64,000 nt of DNA from Firmicutes bacterium UBA5449 (GTDB lineage: Bacteria > Bacillota > SHA-98 > UBA4971): NCBI GenBank assembly GCA_002424305.1, contig DIQZ01000051.1, positions 3,497 to 67,496 on the forward strand, given 5' to 3'. The notes beneath the pieces are model-generated. The model worked only from the letters and a program-made list of their open reading frames with translations. It was not told the origin of the DNA and did no database searches. The position numbers and the translations under genes are program-made. Position 1 is the first letter of the stretch; each line of letters begins with the position of its first letter. This document shows, piece after piece, positions 17,079-26,888 of the stretch.

Positions 17079-18454
17079 TAATCCCTACTCAGCTCTTCCC
17101 TTACAACTTTTACGACCTCAGATACAGCAGTTCTTACCATCGCTTCATCCGCACCCTCGCCTAAAACACGAATCAAAGGCTCTGTCCCTGAAGGACGCAC
17201 AAATATCCGCCCCTCTTCGCCTACCAAAGCATTAGCCCGCTCAATAGCTCGACCTACTCTCGAGTTGGAGAAGAAGCTTTCCTTGTTACTGACCTCAACA
17301 TTGACAAGAGTCTGCGGGTAGACTTCCATCCATGAGGCTAGCTCCGATAGTCTCTGACCTGTTGTACGAAGGACCGATAGAAGGGCGAGAGCGGTGATTA
17401 TTCCATCCCCTGTTGTATTACGGTCAAGAAAGATTATGTGTCCTGACTGTTCTCCGCCTAGGACGACACCGAGCTTCCTCATTTCTTCCAGGACATATCT
17501 GTCGCCATTTTGAGTAATAACTACATTACCGCCTTCACGCTTGAAGGTCTTGACCAACCCCAAATTACTGTATACGGTAGCGACTATGGTCTTCTTTGGA
17601 AGCTTCCCCTTTCGCAGAAGATCCAGACCGCAAATAGCCATAATATGGTCACCGTTAACCACATGTCCCCTCTCATCAACTGCTATCAACCTGTCAGCGT
17701 CACCGTCGTGAGCAAGACCCAAATCCGCTCCTGTCCGGACAACCAGCTCACCTATGACTTGAGGATGAATGGATCCGCACTTGAGATTGATATTAGTTCC
17801 GTCAGGCTTATCATTTACCGTTATTACATGAGCTCCAAGATCCTCCAACAGCCTCGGCGTGTATGATGAAGCTGCGCCATTTGCGCAGTCCACAACTACT
17901 TTCAGACCTTCCAGACTAACATTCACTGTACTCTTGGCATACCTCATATATCTCTCCCCGGCATTTTGAAGCCTGCAAATCTTTCCGACTCCGCCTCCTG
18001 CCGGCCTTGGAAAATCGTCATAAACACCAAAACGGACGATTCCTTGCTCATCGAAGGAGATATATTCCTCAATTTCCTGCTCTTCTTCATCTGAAAGCTT
18101 AAACCCGTCACCGGAAACAAACTTAATACCGTTATATTCCATGGGATTATGGGATGCTGAGATAATGATGCCTGCATCCGCCGGGAGATCCCTCACAAGG
18201 AATGCCACCCCGGGGGTGGGAATGACACCGATTGTCACCGCTTGTCCCCCAACTGATGCTATCCCTGAAGCTACCGCAGCTTCCAGCATATCCCCGGAGA
18301 GTCTCGTATCACAACCTACAATAATCGTAGGCTGCCTCCTTAGTCTCCTTGCGATAATTCCGGTTCCAACTCGACCTAATGTAAATGCCAGCTCAGGCGA
18401 GAGAAATGTATTGGCAATCCCTCGTACCCCATCAGTTCCAAACAGTCTCGCCAT
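17078..18454 (-). CDS. glmM: Phosphoglucosamine mutase
   Basis: 458 aa. It has the active-site motif ISASHNPMEYNGIKF, and an N-terminus MARLFGTDGVRG typical of GlmM. Confidence 0.9.
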   Translation of the reverse strand: MARLFGTDGVRGIANTFLSPELAFTLGRVGTGIIARRLRRQPTIIVGCDTRLSGDMLEAAVASGIASVGGQAVTIGVIPTPGVAFLVRDLPADAGIIISASHNPMEYNGIKFVSGDGFKLSDEEEQEIEEYISFDEQGIVRFGVYDDFPRPAGGGVGKICRLQNAGERYMRYAKSTVNVSLEGLKVVVDCANGAASSYTPRLLEDLGAHVITVNDKPDGTNINLKCGSIHPQVIGELVVRTGADLGLAHDGDADRLIAVDERGHVVNGDHIMAICGLDLLRKGKLPKKTIVATVYSNLGLVKTFKREGGNVVITQNGDRYVLEEMRKLGVVLGGEQSGHIIFLDRNTTGDGIITALALLSVLRTTGQRLSELASWMEVYPQTLVNVEVSNKESFFSNSRVGRAIERANALVGEEGRIFVRPSGTEPLIRVLGEGADEAMVRTAVSEVVKVVREELSRD

Positions 18455-18500
18455 ATCCTGTTCCTCCTGATCAATATAACATTCGCATGAAACAATGGAT

Positions 18501-19271
18501 CTATTCAGGTAATGGTGCTACTTTATCAACCTGCTCAATTGACTCTGTAGATGCCTCGTCGGCTATCTCTTCGTCAGATTGCGTGGTTGGTATTTCACTT
18601 ATAGGCACAAATACGCGAACAGTTTGCGGATGAGCACTCAAATCCTGGACAAGGTTGCCTCCGGTGTCTACCGGACTCACCTTTACACTCCTTGAGATAG
18701 CGGACGTAATACCGGATACGTCAATGTAAGCCACGACCGTGTCTATCAACTCCACCTGGCTCCTTGGTCCGATAACGGTAACCAAACCAGGAGATGCTTC
18801 GGGCTGGAACGGAACTTTGCTGTCTCCCGGATATCCTATTATCCCTACCTGGACCGGGAAGTCTACACTGACAATGGCATCCATCTTCACGCCTACCGAC
18901 GCCGGGATAATCTCGACCACTTGGACACCTTCAGGAGCTGATACCTGAACCCGTGCGGCATACTCCCCTTCACCTCGTCCGGCTACAGATACGAATGCTT
19001 GAACTTTCGAGCCATCAAGCGGTTCTACCAGATACTTCGGACCGCGCACCCGAACCTCCACGTCTCTTGGCCTGGTCTCAACTGCGAAGTCGGACGGCGC
19101 GCCTGAGACGTCAACGCCTGCTGTAACAAACCTCTCGGCGGTATCAACCTGGTTTTTGTTGATCTCTGCGCCCGCCACGAACCAAATAACAATCGCCAGA
19201 AGAACGGCTGCTATTTTAAGATATATTTCTCGAGGGACACGGAACGTCACATTACATGCCCCCTTAACCAA
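18501..19271 (-). CDS. cdaR: YbbR-domain protein (CdaR-like regulator of diadenylate cyclase)
   Basis: 256 aa with an N-terminal transmembrane segment and repeated YbbR-like beta-rich segments. It sits in the conserved cdaA-cdaR-glmM position. Confidence 0.65.
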   Translation of the reverse strand: MVKGACNVTFRVPREIYLKIAAVLLAIVIWFVAGAEINKNQVDTAERFVTAGVDVSGAPSDFAVETRPRDVEVRVRGPKYLVEPLDGSKVQAFVSVAGRGEGEYAARVQVSAPEGVQVVEIIPASVGVKMDAIVSVDFPVQVGIIGYPGDSKVPFQPEASPGLVTVIGPRSQVELIDTVVAYIDVSGITSAISRSVKVSPVDTGGNLVQDLSAHPQTVRVFVPISEIPTTQSDEEIADEASTESIEQVDKVAPLPE

Positions 19272-20098
19272 GCCGGAATACCCTGACGGAGCTTACTTGC
19301 GTGCAGTAGTTCTATCAATCTCTCCTTCAGAGCGCTTTCATCAAGATAACGCATTAACTTCCCGTTGCTTGCTATCGAGATGACTCCCGTCTCTTCTGAG
19401 GCCACTATACACACAGCGTCAGATTGCTCCGACAAGCCTAACGCTGCGCGGTGTCTGGTTCCAAGTGTCTTACTGATATTCGGATTCTCAGATAGGGGAA
19501 GGTAGCAGCCTGCAGCCATTATTCTGCTGCCTCGGATTATGGTGGCACCATCATGCAGTGGTGAATTAGGCATGAATATGTTAATAAGGAGCTCTGTTGA
19601 AACAACAGCGTCGATTTTGGTGCCTGTCTCCATCAACTCCGCAATACCGCTGTCACGTTCAACAACAATAAGAGCCCCGATTTTGTCTCTGGCCATCACC
19701 GTTGCAGCTCTGGTAATATCAGAAACCAAAATCATTGTGTCCTCTTTCTCCAGCAGTCCTAATGGACCTGTAAATATGCCACCACGACCTATTTGCTCCA
19801 GAGCTCTTCTGAGTTCAGGCAAGAATACTATGGGCAGACCGACAAAAAGCACAGTAATCGTCTTCTGTAGAAGCCAATTTACTGTGCGCAGTTTAAGCAA
19901 ATCACTGACCATAGTGGCAATAAAGATAACTGCAATGCCCTTGAGAAGTGACACTGCTCTTGTTCCCCTAATGATAACCAGGAGTTTATAGATAACATAA
20001 GCAACAATAAGAATATCCACCATGGAGCGGATTGCATTTGTCGCGTTTACTTTAGCCAAGCTTTCCGTAAGCCTTGCTATGGTTAAATCAAACGGCAT
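19247..20098 (-). CDS. cdaA: Diadenylate cyclase (c-di-AMP synthase), membrane-anchored
   Basis: 283 aa. It has N-terminal transmembrane helices and a DAC domain with DGATIIRG...RHRAALGLSE motifs. Confidence 0.85.
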   Translation of the reverse strand: MPFDLTIARLTESLAKVNATNAIRSMVDILIVAYVIYKLLVIIRGTRAVSLLKGIAVIFIATMVSDLLKLRTVNWLLQKTITVLFVGLPIVFLPELRRALEQIGRGGIFTGPLGLLEKEDTMILVSDITRAATVMARDKIGALIVVERDSGIAELMETGTKIDAVVSTELLINIFMPNSPLHDGATIIRGSRIMAAGCYLPLSENPNISKTLGTRHRAALGLSEQSDAVCIVASEETGVISIASNGKLMRYLDESALKERLIELLHASKLRQGIPAWLRGHVM

Positions 20099-20224
20099 GT
20101 GTCTCCCCCTTGGATCCCTCCGAACGCAGCCTCTACCACAAATATATACTATACATTAATGGAATCCGATGCAAGGCTGTTAACTCATTATTATAGAGAT
20201 AGACGTTAGCTTTGCCGAAAAACC

Positions 20225-21430
20225 CTATGCCCCAAATTTGCCCAGTTTCAAAGCATTTGCAAGGGCTAAGGGTAAAGCACCGAGTGAAGGAAAGACTCCG
20301 AGATTCCCCTGAGCACACATGGACTCGCCAAATCCCGGGGCCCCCTGGGGTCTCACCCACCGGGAATGAATGAGGAATGGTACCGGATGCCAACTGTGGC
20401 CTTTCAGCACCGCCGGAGTAGAATGATCTCCTGTCACAATGAGAACATCAGGCTCCAGATGGAGGATTTCGGGAACATAGCTGTCAAATTCCTCGAGAAC
20501 TCTAACCTTACCTGTGCAGTCACCGTCTTCGCCGCAGCTATCTGTTTCTTTGACGTGAACATAGAGAAAATCATAATCCTCAAAATGAGTCTTGAGCGTG
20601 TTAACTTCGTCTTGGATTGTCAATCCTGTTTCCAGAATTTCCATACCTACAAGGCTGGCAAGGCCACGGTACATAGGATAGCCGGCTATAGCGGCAGGCG
20701 TCAATTTAAATGCCTGAGACATTGTGGGTATCTCAGGAAGGCTGGCAAGACCGCGGAGGAGCACCATATTCGCAGGACGTTCGTTCTTCAATACCTCTCT
20801 CGCCCCGGCAATCCATTTATTTACAATGTCTGCAGTGCGAGACGCTTCAGGGCTGCGTGCAACCGCGTTCTTCGGCCTCTCACCAACATGTTGAGGGTCA
20901 GTGTCCTCTATATCCCCGGACAGACCCTGCCCCCGGAAAACCACGACAAAGCGATGAAACTTCCCCGGCTCAAGAATGACTTCAACACCTTCCATAGTTA
21001 CTGAACGAAGCATCTCAACAAGTTGCCTGTTCTTCTCAGTAGGGATCCTTCCTGCTCGCCTGTCAGTGATAATACCGGATTCATCTACTGTGCAGAAGTT
21101 CCCCCTGGCTGCAACATCAGAAGGTCCCAGTTTCAGGCCGACTCCCAAAGCCTCCAGGATCCCCCTGCCTATCTCATATTCCAGTGGGTCATATCCGAAC
21201 AGAGCCAAATGTGAAGGTCCGCTCCCGGGTGTAATACCAAGAGCTACAGGCTCTACTAAACCACAACTGGAGATAGCTGCTAAGTTATCCAGGTTCGGGG
21301 TATTTGCGGCTTCTAAAGCTGTTCGTCCAATATCAGGATTCGGTAATCCTCCTATACCATCCACTACCACCATAACGATTTTTGTTTCTGTTTTCTGGCT
21401 GAGTTTTTTTACGAGTTCAATATTCACCAC
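20225..21430 (-). CDS. apgM: 2,3-bisphosphoglycerate-independent phosphoglycerate mutase, archaeal-type (ApgM family)
   Basis: 401 aa. Its N-terminus KIVMVVVDGIGGLP... and overall length match the ApgM family rather than GpmI (about 510 aa) or GpmA. Confidence 0.75.
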   Translation of the reverse strand: MVNIELVKKLSQKTETKIVMVVVDGIGGLPNPDIGRTALEAANTPNLDNLAAISSCGLVEPVALGITPGSGPSHLALFGYDPLEYEIGRGILEALGVGLKLGPSDVAARGNFCTVDESGIITDRRAGRIPTEKNRQLVEMLRSVTMEGVEVILEPGKFHRFVVVFRGQGLSGDIEDTDPQHVGERPKNAVARSPEASRTADIVNKWIAGAREVLKNERPANMVLLRGLASLPEIPTMSQAFKLTPAAIAGYPMYRGLASLVGMEILETGLTIQDEVNTLKTHFEDYDFLYVHVKETDSCGEDGDCTGKVRVLEEFDSYVPEILHLEPDVLIVTGDHSTPAVLKGHSWHPVPFLIHSRWVRPQGAPGFGESMCAQGNLGVFPSLGALPLALANALKLGKFGA

Positions 21431-21604
21431 GTTGCTGTATCCCCCTTTGACTTCTACACAACTTTCAACCTAATTCATATTCGATATATCTTTGTGTTAT
21501 CCTCCCCAATGATGTTACCGGGACATACTACAATCAGGCAATCACCTGCACCCGACGCACATATGCAAACGTAGAATCGATACATGGTCGATACGTGACA
21601 GAAG

Positions 21605-23638
21605 GTGGTATGTAAGGTGAGCATCAGCGCCGACGGAAAGCAAAACTACCGTAAAAAGCCGGGTCAAACCCAAAGGTGGCGTTGGGTGGTAGTTCTCCTT
21701 GCTGCCTTCATCCTTTTAGTCGCGCTCATTACAAGCGTCAGACCTATCCCTGCTGTAAGAGGCGGAAGTGTTTTCTACGATATTCACGGCGATGTAATAG
21801 CGTCAACTGATGCCCCCGGCAGACTTGAAGTGTCCCTGTCTGATATGGCCCCTAACCTTCGGTATGCGTTCATCGCTGTGGAGGATTCTCGCTTTTATCG
21901 ACACCCGGGAATCGATCCTGTAGGAATAGCAAGGGCCTTCGCACGTAATGTTCGCGCAAGGCGGATCGTTGAAGGGGGAAGCACAATTACTCAGCAGTTG
22001 GCAAAGAACATGTACCTGCCTGCAAAGCGCACTGTCGGAAGAAAACTGGCTGAGGCAGTTCTCGCCATGTACCTGGAAGTCAAGTTCACCAAGGACGAAA
22101 TCCTTGAGCGCTACCTGAATCTAGTGTATCTGGGACATGGAGCGCATGGTGTGGAAGCCGGTGCAAAGCTCTACTTCGGGAAGCAAACTTCCGGCCTTTC
22201 CCTTGCGGAAGCCTCCATGTTGGCAGGCATCACCAGGGCACCGTTTTACTACTCACCATATAGAGATATGGATGCCGCTGTCAGGCGAAGAAAGACCGTA
22301 CTTGATAGGATGGTCACCGCAGGCTACATTTCTCAAACTGAGGCAGACGCAGCTTCAGAGGAAGCAGTTGAGCTTGTAGGTCTCGGCAGACGGGAAACTA
22401 AGGCTGCCCCGTATTTTATGGATTATGTCACTGACGAAGCTCTAAAACTTTTGGGTGATGAAGGCATGCTGCTCTATTCAGGCAACCTGAAGATTTATAC
22501 CTCCCTGGATCTGACCTTTCAAGAAGCTGCTGAAAAGTCATTCGCAAAAGGACTTGACACCCTTACGCCCCGTGATGGTTCAGAGGATTCCGACTCTAAG
22601 GTAAAACAGCCAATTCAACCACAGGGCGCACTGGTGGCTTTAGATCCCGAAACCGGGCATGTGAAGGCTCTCATCGGCGGAAGAAGCTACTCTGAAACTC
22701 AGTTTAACCGTGCATTGCAAGCCATGCGACAACCAGGCTCTTCCTTCAAACCATTCTTCTACGCAGCAGCGCTGGATAATGGGTTTACCGCTGCGTCTGT
22801 TTTGCCTTGTGAACCTGTGACATTCCGGACGCAGAGGCTCCCTTACACCCCCACTGATTACGGTAAATTCCAGTATCATTTCAGGTTCCTGACCTTAAGA
22901 GAGGCACTGGTCACTTCGTGCAATGTGGTATCTGTACAACTTGCCAACATTATAGGTCCGGAAAAGGGCATAGAGTACGCGAAGCAGCTTGGTATAAGAA
23001 GTCCGCTTGGAGCTAACCTTTCTCTGGTCCTTGGCACCTCAGAAGTTACCCCGTTTGAAATGGCTTTCGCTTTTGCGCCTTTCGCAAATGGAGGCAGACA
23101 GGTTCAGCCAATATTCATAACTTCCATCAAGGATAGGCGCGGAAGAGAATTATATCGTGCTCAGGTAGTGTCGCGACAGGTCCTTGATCCGCGAACGGCA
23201 TTTATTATGACAGATATACTAAAGCAAGTTGTCAGTGAATGGGGCACTGCAGGAGCAATCTCGTCTCAACTTAAACGGCCGGTGGCTGCCAAAACCGGAT
23301 CTACACAGAACTATACTGACGCATGGTTCGTAGGATACACCCCGGACTTGGTATGCTCAGTGTACGTTGGTAACGACGACCCCGGTATCCCTTTAGGCAA
23401 ATCGGGAGGGTCGGCTGCAGGGCCGATATTCGCGAACTTCATTGAAGCCGCGCTTGAGAGCAAACCTGCACTGTCGTTTCAAATACCCGGTGGAATAGTC
23501 CGAACGGAGATATGTCATGAGACAGGATATCTTGCATCGCCTGCCTGCCCCGGCACGCGTTGGGAACTGTTTAAGAGCGGCACTCAGCCAACCTACGAGT
23601 GCCCATGGCACGGTGCATTTCCTGTCTATTCACCCTGA
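21605..23638 (+). CDS. mrcA: Class A penicillin-binding protein (transglycosylase/transpeptidase, PBP1A-like)
   Basis: 677 aa. It has the GT51 motifs EDSRFYRHPGIDP and RRIVEGGSTITQQL, and a transpeptidase SxxK-type domain (QPGSSFKPF, KTGS). Confidence 0.85.
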   Translation: MVCKVSISADGKQNYRKKPGQTQRWRWVVVLLAAFILLVALITSVRPIPAVRGGSVFYDIHGDVIASTDAPGRLEVSLSDMAPNLRYAFIAVEDSRFYRHPGIDPVGIARAFARNVRARRIVEGGSTITQQLAKNMYLPAKRTVGRKLAEAVLAMYLEVKFTKDEILERYLNLVYLGHGAHGVEAGAKLYFGKQTSGLSLAEASMLAGITRAPFYYSPYRDMDAAVRRRKTVLDRMVTAGYISQTEADAASEEAVELVGLGRRETKAAPYFMDYVTDEALKLLGDEGMLLYSGNLKIYTSLDLTFQEAAEKSFAKGLDTLTPRDGSEDSDSKVKQPIQPQGALVALDPETGHVKALIGGRSYSETQFNRALQAMRQPGSSFKPFFYAAALDNGFTAASVLPCEPVTFRTQRLPYTPTDYGKFQYHFRFLTLREALVTSCNVVSVQLANIIGPEKGIEYAKQLGIRSPLGANLSLVLGTSEVTPFEMAFAFAPFANGGRQVQPIFITSIKDRRGRELYRAQVVSRQVLDPRTAFIMTDILKQVVSEWGTAGAISSQLKRPVAAKTGSTQNYTDAWFVGYTPDLVCSVYVGNDDPGIPLGKSGGSAAGPIFANFIEAALESKPALSFQIPGGIVRTEICHETGYLASPACPGTRWELFKSGTQPTYECPWHGAFPVYSP

Positions 23639-23674
23639 CCCCTTCTAATCCGCGCTGATATCCACCCTTGAGCT

Positions 23675-24643
23675 CTATTCGAGGTAGATCTGACGTTCCA
23701 GTCTCTTGTGGTACGAGGTCCATCCGCCTTCAGCTTCACGGCTCTCCTCTACTATTTCAGAAAACTGGGCCACAGACGCGTCTGCATAGTCTGCCAAGTG
23801 AAGAGCCATTGCTTCCAAAGTCTTTGGACGCTTCGGTGAACCCCACTCGAGCTTTCCGTGGTGACTCAGGATCATATGACGCAGTTTGAGTGCTAACGTT
23901 TGAGGGAAGTCTAAAATCCCCTCCATTGCTTGGGCAACCATGCGTTCGCCGATGATGACGTGACCGACAAGTTTGCCTTCATTACTTAAGTCAAAAGGAC
24001 CGTCATAGGTATACTCAACTATCTTGCCGATATCATGAAGAATAGCACCTGTGACCAGAAGCTCACTGTCAATTACCGGGTAGAGTTGAGACATGGTCTC
24101 ACACAGCATTACTACATTGGCAGTATGCTCTATCAGCCCGCCGAGAACAGCGTGATGGATAGATTTTGCAGCCGGAGCTTGCACGAATGCACCGGCAAAC
24201 TCAGGGTTATCAAGGAATTCTAAAACAAGCTGCCGGAGACAGACGTTTGTGAAGGCTTCTGCTCTCCCCTGCAACTCGTAGAGCAATCTTGTGACATCCT
24301 CTTTGGTGCGGGGAAGAAAGAGGGACAAATCATAGTCAGCACGCGTGCACTTATGCAGAGCTTCAACGGTGATTTGAGGTGTTCCCCGGTACTCTGTGAC
24401 ATGACCCTCTACACGCACTACATCTCCGTCTTCAAATATGCTGTACGTGCCGTCGCCGTCATCCCACACAATAGCCTTGATTTCACCTGTCTTATCAAAA
24501 AGCGTAAGTGTCAAGTAACGGCCTGGCTTTGAAGCAAAATCTGAAAGCTGTTTATATTTCGCCATGAAGACGCTTCTTACTGCCTGTCCCACTTGAAGCT
24601 CAACTACTCGCTGCCCTCTGAAGTCCGGATCTCTATCTGACAT
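23675..24643 (-). CDS. yhaM: OB-fold + HD-domain 3'-5' exoribonuclease, YhaM-like
   Basis: It has an OB-fold N-terminus (LQVGQAV...LTLTLFDKTGEIKAIVWDD) and an HD domain (HHAVLGGLIEHT...LHDIGK). The track ORF starts at 24667. The ATG at 24643 (MSDRD...) or the downstream MAKYKQ may be the real start. Confidence 0.65.
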   Translation of the reverse strand: MSDRDPDFRGQRVVELQVGQAVRSVFMAKYKQLSDFASKPGRYLTLTLFDKTGEIKAIVWDDGDGTYSIFEDGDVVRVEGHVTEYRGTPQITVEALHKCTRADYDLSLFLPRTKEDVTRLLYELQGRAEAFTNVCLRQLVLEFLDNPEFAGAFVQAPAAKSIHHAVLGGLIEHTANVVMLCETMSQLYPVIDSELLVTGAILHDIGKIVEYTYDGPFDLSNEGKLVGHVIIGERMVAQAMEGILDFPQTLALKLRHMILSHHGKLEWGSPKRPKTLEAMALHLADYADASVAQFSEIVEESREAEGGWTSYHKRLERQIYLE

Positions 24644-24752
24644 GACTCGTCCAACCCCTAACCACAAAAGATATCAGGATGACATTGGCTGTGCAATTCT
24701 TCCTGTCATTCCTGATTCTACATTACGAAGGGCGAGTCCTTCAAGAGCAGTG

Positions 24753-25571
24753 TCAACTGTTCAAGACAAACCTGTTTATCGCCTCTACAACCCCGTCTCC
24801 GTTTACTCCTTCAGTGACATAATCGGCTGCTTCTTGAACCTTGTTGTTGGCGTTACCTACAGCGACACCAATTCCGGCATAAGATAGCATAGATATGTCA
24901 TTTTCACTGTCACCGATAGCCATAACCTGATCGCGCTGAATATCTAAGTGTTTAGATAACGCAGCAAGAGCTGAACCTTTAGTCACGTTTTCACCTGTAA
25001 ACTCAATATATCCAGGTAACGACCGCGCTACATGTGCTTTTGCTCCGAATTTCTCCTCCAACTCAGGCAAAACCCTTTCAACGATTTTCGGTTCTGCCAT
25101 CATTAGAAGTTTCGTCGGGGGTTTACTGAGAAACCTCAGAAGATTCCCTACAGGTTTTGCTTCAACGTTAACGTGAGCCATATAACGACGGGCTTCCTCA
25201 TTCAAACTTTCAACATAAAGCTCGTCATCGACATAAAGATTCGTGTGATAGCCAAAAGCCTGTGTGTACTCTAATATTTCCTTAGCATCTTCAATCGGAA
25301 TCGGCTTGTGCCAATAAACCTCCTGGGTCTTGGCGGTTTTCACCAAGGCACCGTCATACGTTATGAGAGGAACGTCAAGACCCAGCTCCTCCGCAAAAGG
25401 CACTGCGGCCTGATACATTCGTCCGGTAGCCAAAGTGACTCTGCCCCCCACATCTATGGTGGCATTTATAGCCTGCTTTGTTCTGTTGCCTATTTTAAGA
25501 TCACTACCAATCAAGGTGTGGTCTATATCAATAGCGATAAGTTTGATTTGTCCGCACCCCAAATCTGTCAC
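24753..25571 (-). CDS. Cof-type HAD-IIB phosphatase
   Basis: 272 aa. It has the DIDHTL motif I near the N-terminus and a C-terminal GDSENDISML motif. Confidence 0.75.
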   Translation of the reverse strand: MTDLGCGQIKLIAIDIDHTLIGSDLKIGNRTKQAINATIDVGGRVTLATGRMYQAAVPFAEELGLDVPLITYDGALVKTAKTQEVYWHKPIPIEDAKEILEYTQAFGYHTNLYVDDELYVESLNEEARRYMAHVNVEAKPVGNLLRFLSKPPTKLLMMAEPKIVERVLPELEEKFGAKAHVARSLPGYIEFTGENVTKGSALAALSKHLDIQRDQVMAIGDSENDISMLSYAGIGVAVGNANNKVQEAADYVTEGVNGDGVVEAINRFVLNS

Positions 25572-25930
25572 CGATCTTGCACCACCCAGCTTATGATACT
25601 ACTTCCTATCGAGAGAAGTATGGACGCGAGCACAGCGGGCCAAAACCCGGATATGTAAAACCCCTGCACTATTCCGGATACTATCCACAACATGAAACCG
25701 TTTACTATAAATGTGAAAAGGCCAAGAGTAAGTAATTGTATAGGGAGAGAAAGGACAATTAAAATAGGCCGTATGAGCGCATTCACAATCCCTAATATGA
25801 ATGCTGCCAAGAACGCGGGGACAATTCCGGCAACTTGCACCGCAGGCCCCATAAGGTATGGTATCATTAGAAGGACGACAGCGTTTGCCAACCACCTGAT
25901 GATAAATGTGCGCCTTTGCACTACCGACAC
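25568..25930 (-). CDS. DUF360 / phage-holin-family 4 membrane protein (YvlD-like)
   Basis: 120 aa with three or four transmembrane helices. The pattern matches YvlD/DUF360 proteins. It overlaps the HAD gene start as ATGA. Confidence 0.55.
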   Translation of the reverse strand: MSVVQRRTFIIRWLANAVVLLMIPYLMGPAVQVAGIVPAFLAAFILGIVNALIRPILIVLSLPIQLLTLGLFTFIVNGFMLWIVSGIVQGFYISGFWPAVLASILLSIGSSIISWVVQDR

Positions 25931-26037
25931 CCCCTTAGTTGAAATGTTATCTCTTACACAAATAAGCTAGTCTGAATACATGGAACCAGGACGCCCTTGA
26001 GGAGGGCGCCCCGGTAGATGTTGTCAACTGGGTCAAT

Positions 26038-26460
26038 TCAGACAAAACGCACTGCAATACTTACACCTGATGACCCCTCTGATACCTCCAACAGAGTAAA
26101 CCTTCCATAAGAACGTAGTCCTCTTACCAGCTTAAACGCTACGTCCAGTGCTACTGTGATATCAAAGTCTTCACTGCAGGGAAAGACATCTTTCAAGTTT
26201 CTCATACTACGCTTAACTTTCCTTCTTAATGAAGGAACGAAAAACCCGACGATTCTAACAGCAGAAGCTGTTGATTCCAAAAGATCCTCCAAAATGAACA
26301 ATGGAATCACAATTGGAACCGCAAATCGCATGTGTGGCAACTTCAGCGTGAATATAATGAAAAACGATGGGACAGGCGGAACATGAAATAGCCTTCGCGC
26401 TTGCGTCCCGGATTCTACTCCATTACAAAAATCACGCACGTGAATATTCCCTGTCAGCAT
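26038..26460 (-). CDS. Hypothetical protein
   Basis: 140-aa ORF with no recognisable motif. The real start may be the internal MRFAVPIVIP. Its position inside a co-directional module supports it being genuine coding sequence. Confidence 0.3.
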   Translation of the reverse strand: MLTGNIHVRDFCNGVESGTQARRLFHVPPVPSFFIIFTLKLPHMRFAVPIVIPLFILEDLLESTASAVRIVGFFVPSLRRKVKRSMRNLKDVFPCSEDFDITVALDVAFKLVRGLRSYGRFTLLEVSEGSSGVSIAVRFV

Positions 26461-26474
26461 CGTTACCGCCGCCC

Positions 26475-26876
26475 CTACTCAACGTAGATCTCTACTTTTG
26501 CATCCTCACTGTCTATGTCAACGATTTTGCCCGAACTGGCTTCAGTAATAGTGGAAAGAAGCTCGTCAAGGTCAATATTCTCACTTTCAAGTTCCTTAGA
26601 TACATCTTTGGGAATAAACTTCATTGCGACTTTAGCAAGGGCAAGGGGTAGATTAACATTGACTTTCGTGTTGTCTTCAGTGTCAAACACGCGTATCCGA
26701 AGCATTCTCCCACGATGTCCACCGTGGTGTCCCGGTGCTACTGTTCCACCTTGGCCAGGAGTATCCAAAGCCTCCAGCAGCTTCAGACCTTCATCTATTG
26801 AAACCTTTCCTTCTTGAACAAGGTTCAGGACCTGTCTCTTCTCTTCAGACATTAGGGTTCCCCTCCCATTGAGCAT
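26475..26876 (-). CDS. Small protein with an N-terminal SHOCT-like helix, paralogous to the N-terminus of the adjacent DUF4097 protein
   Basis: 133 aa. Its N-terminus (VLNLVQEGKVSIDEGLKLLEAL) parallels ILKMLEEGKITAEQAASLIEAI of the 415-aa neighbour. The C-terminal half is acidic. Confidence 0.45.
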   Translation of the reverse strand: MLNGRGTLMSEEKRQVLNLVQEGKVSIDEGLKLLEALDTPGQGGTVAPGHHGGHRGRMLRIRVFDTEDNTKVNVNLPLALAKVAMKFIPKDVSKELESENIDLDELLSTITEASSGKIVDIDSEDAKVEIYVE

Positions 26877-26888
26877 ACTTGATTAATA

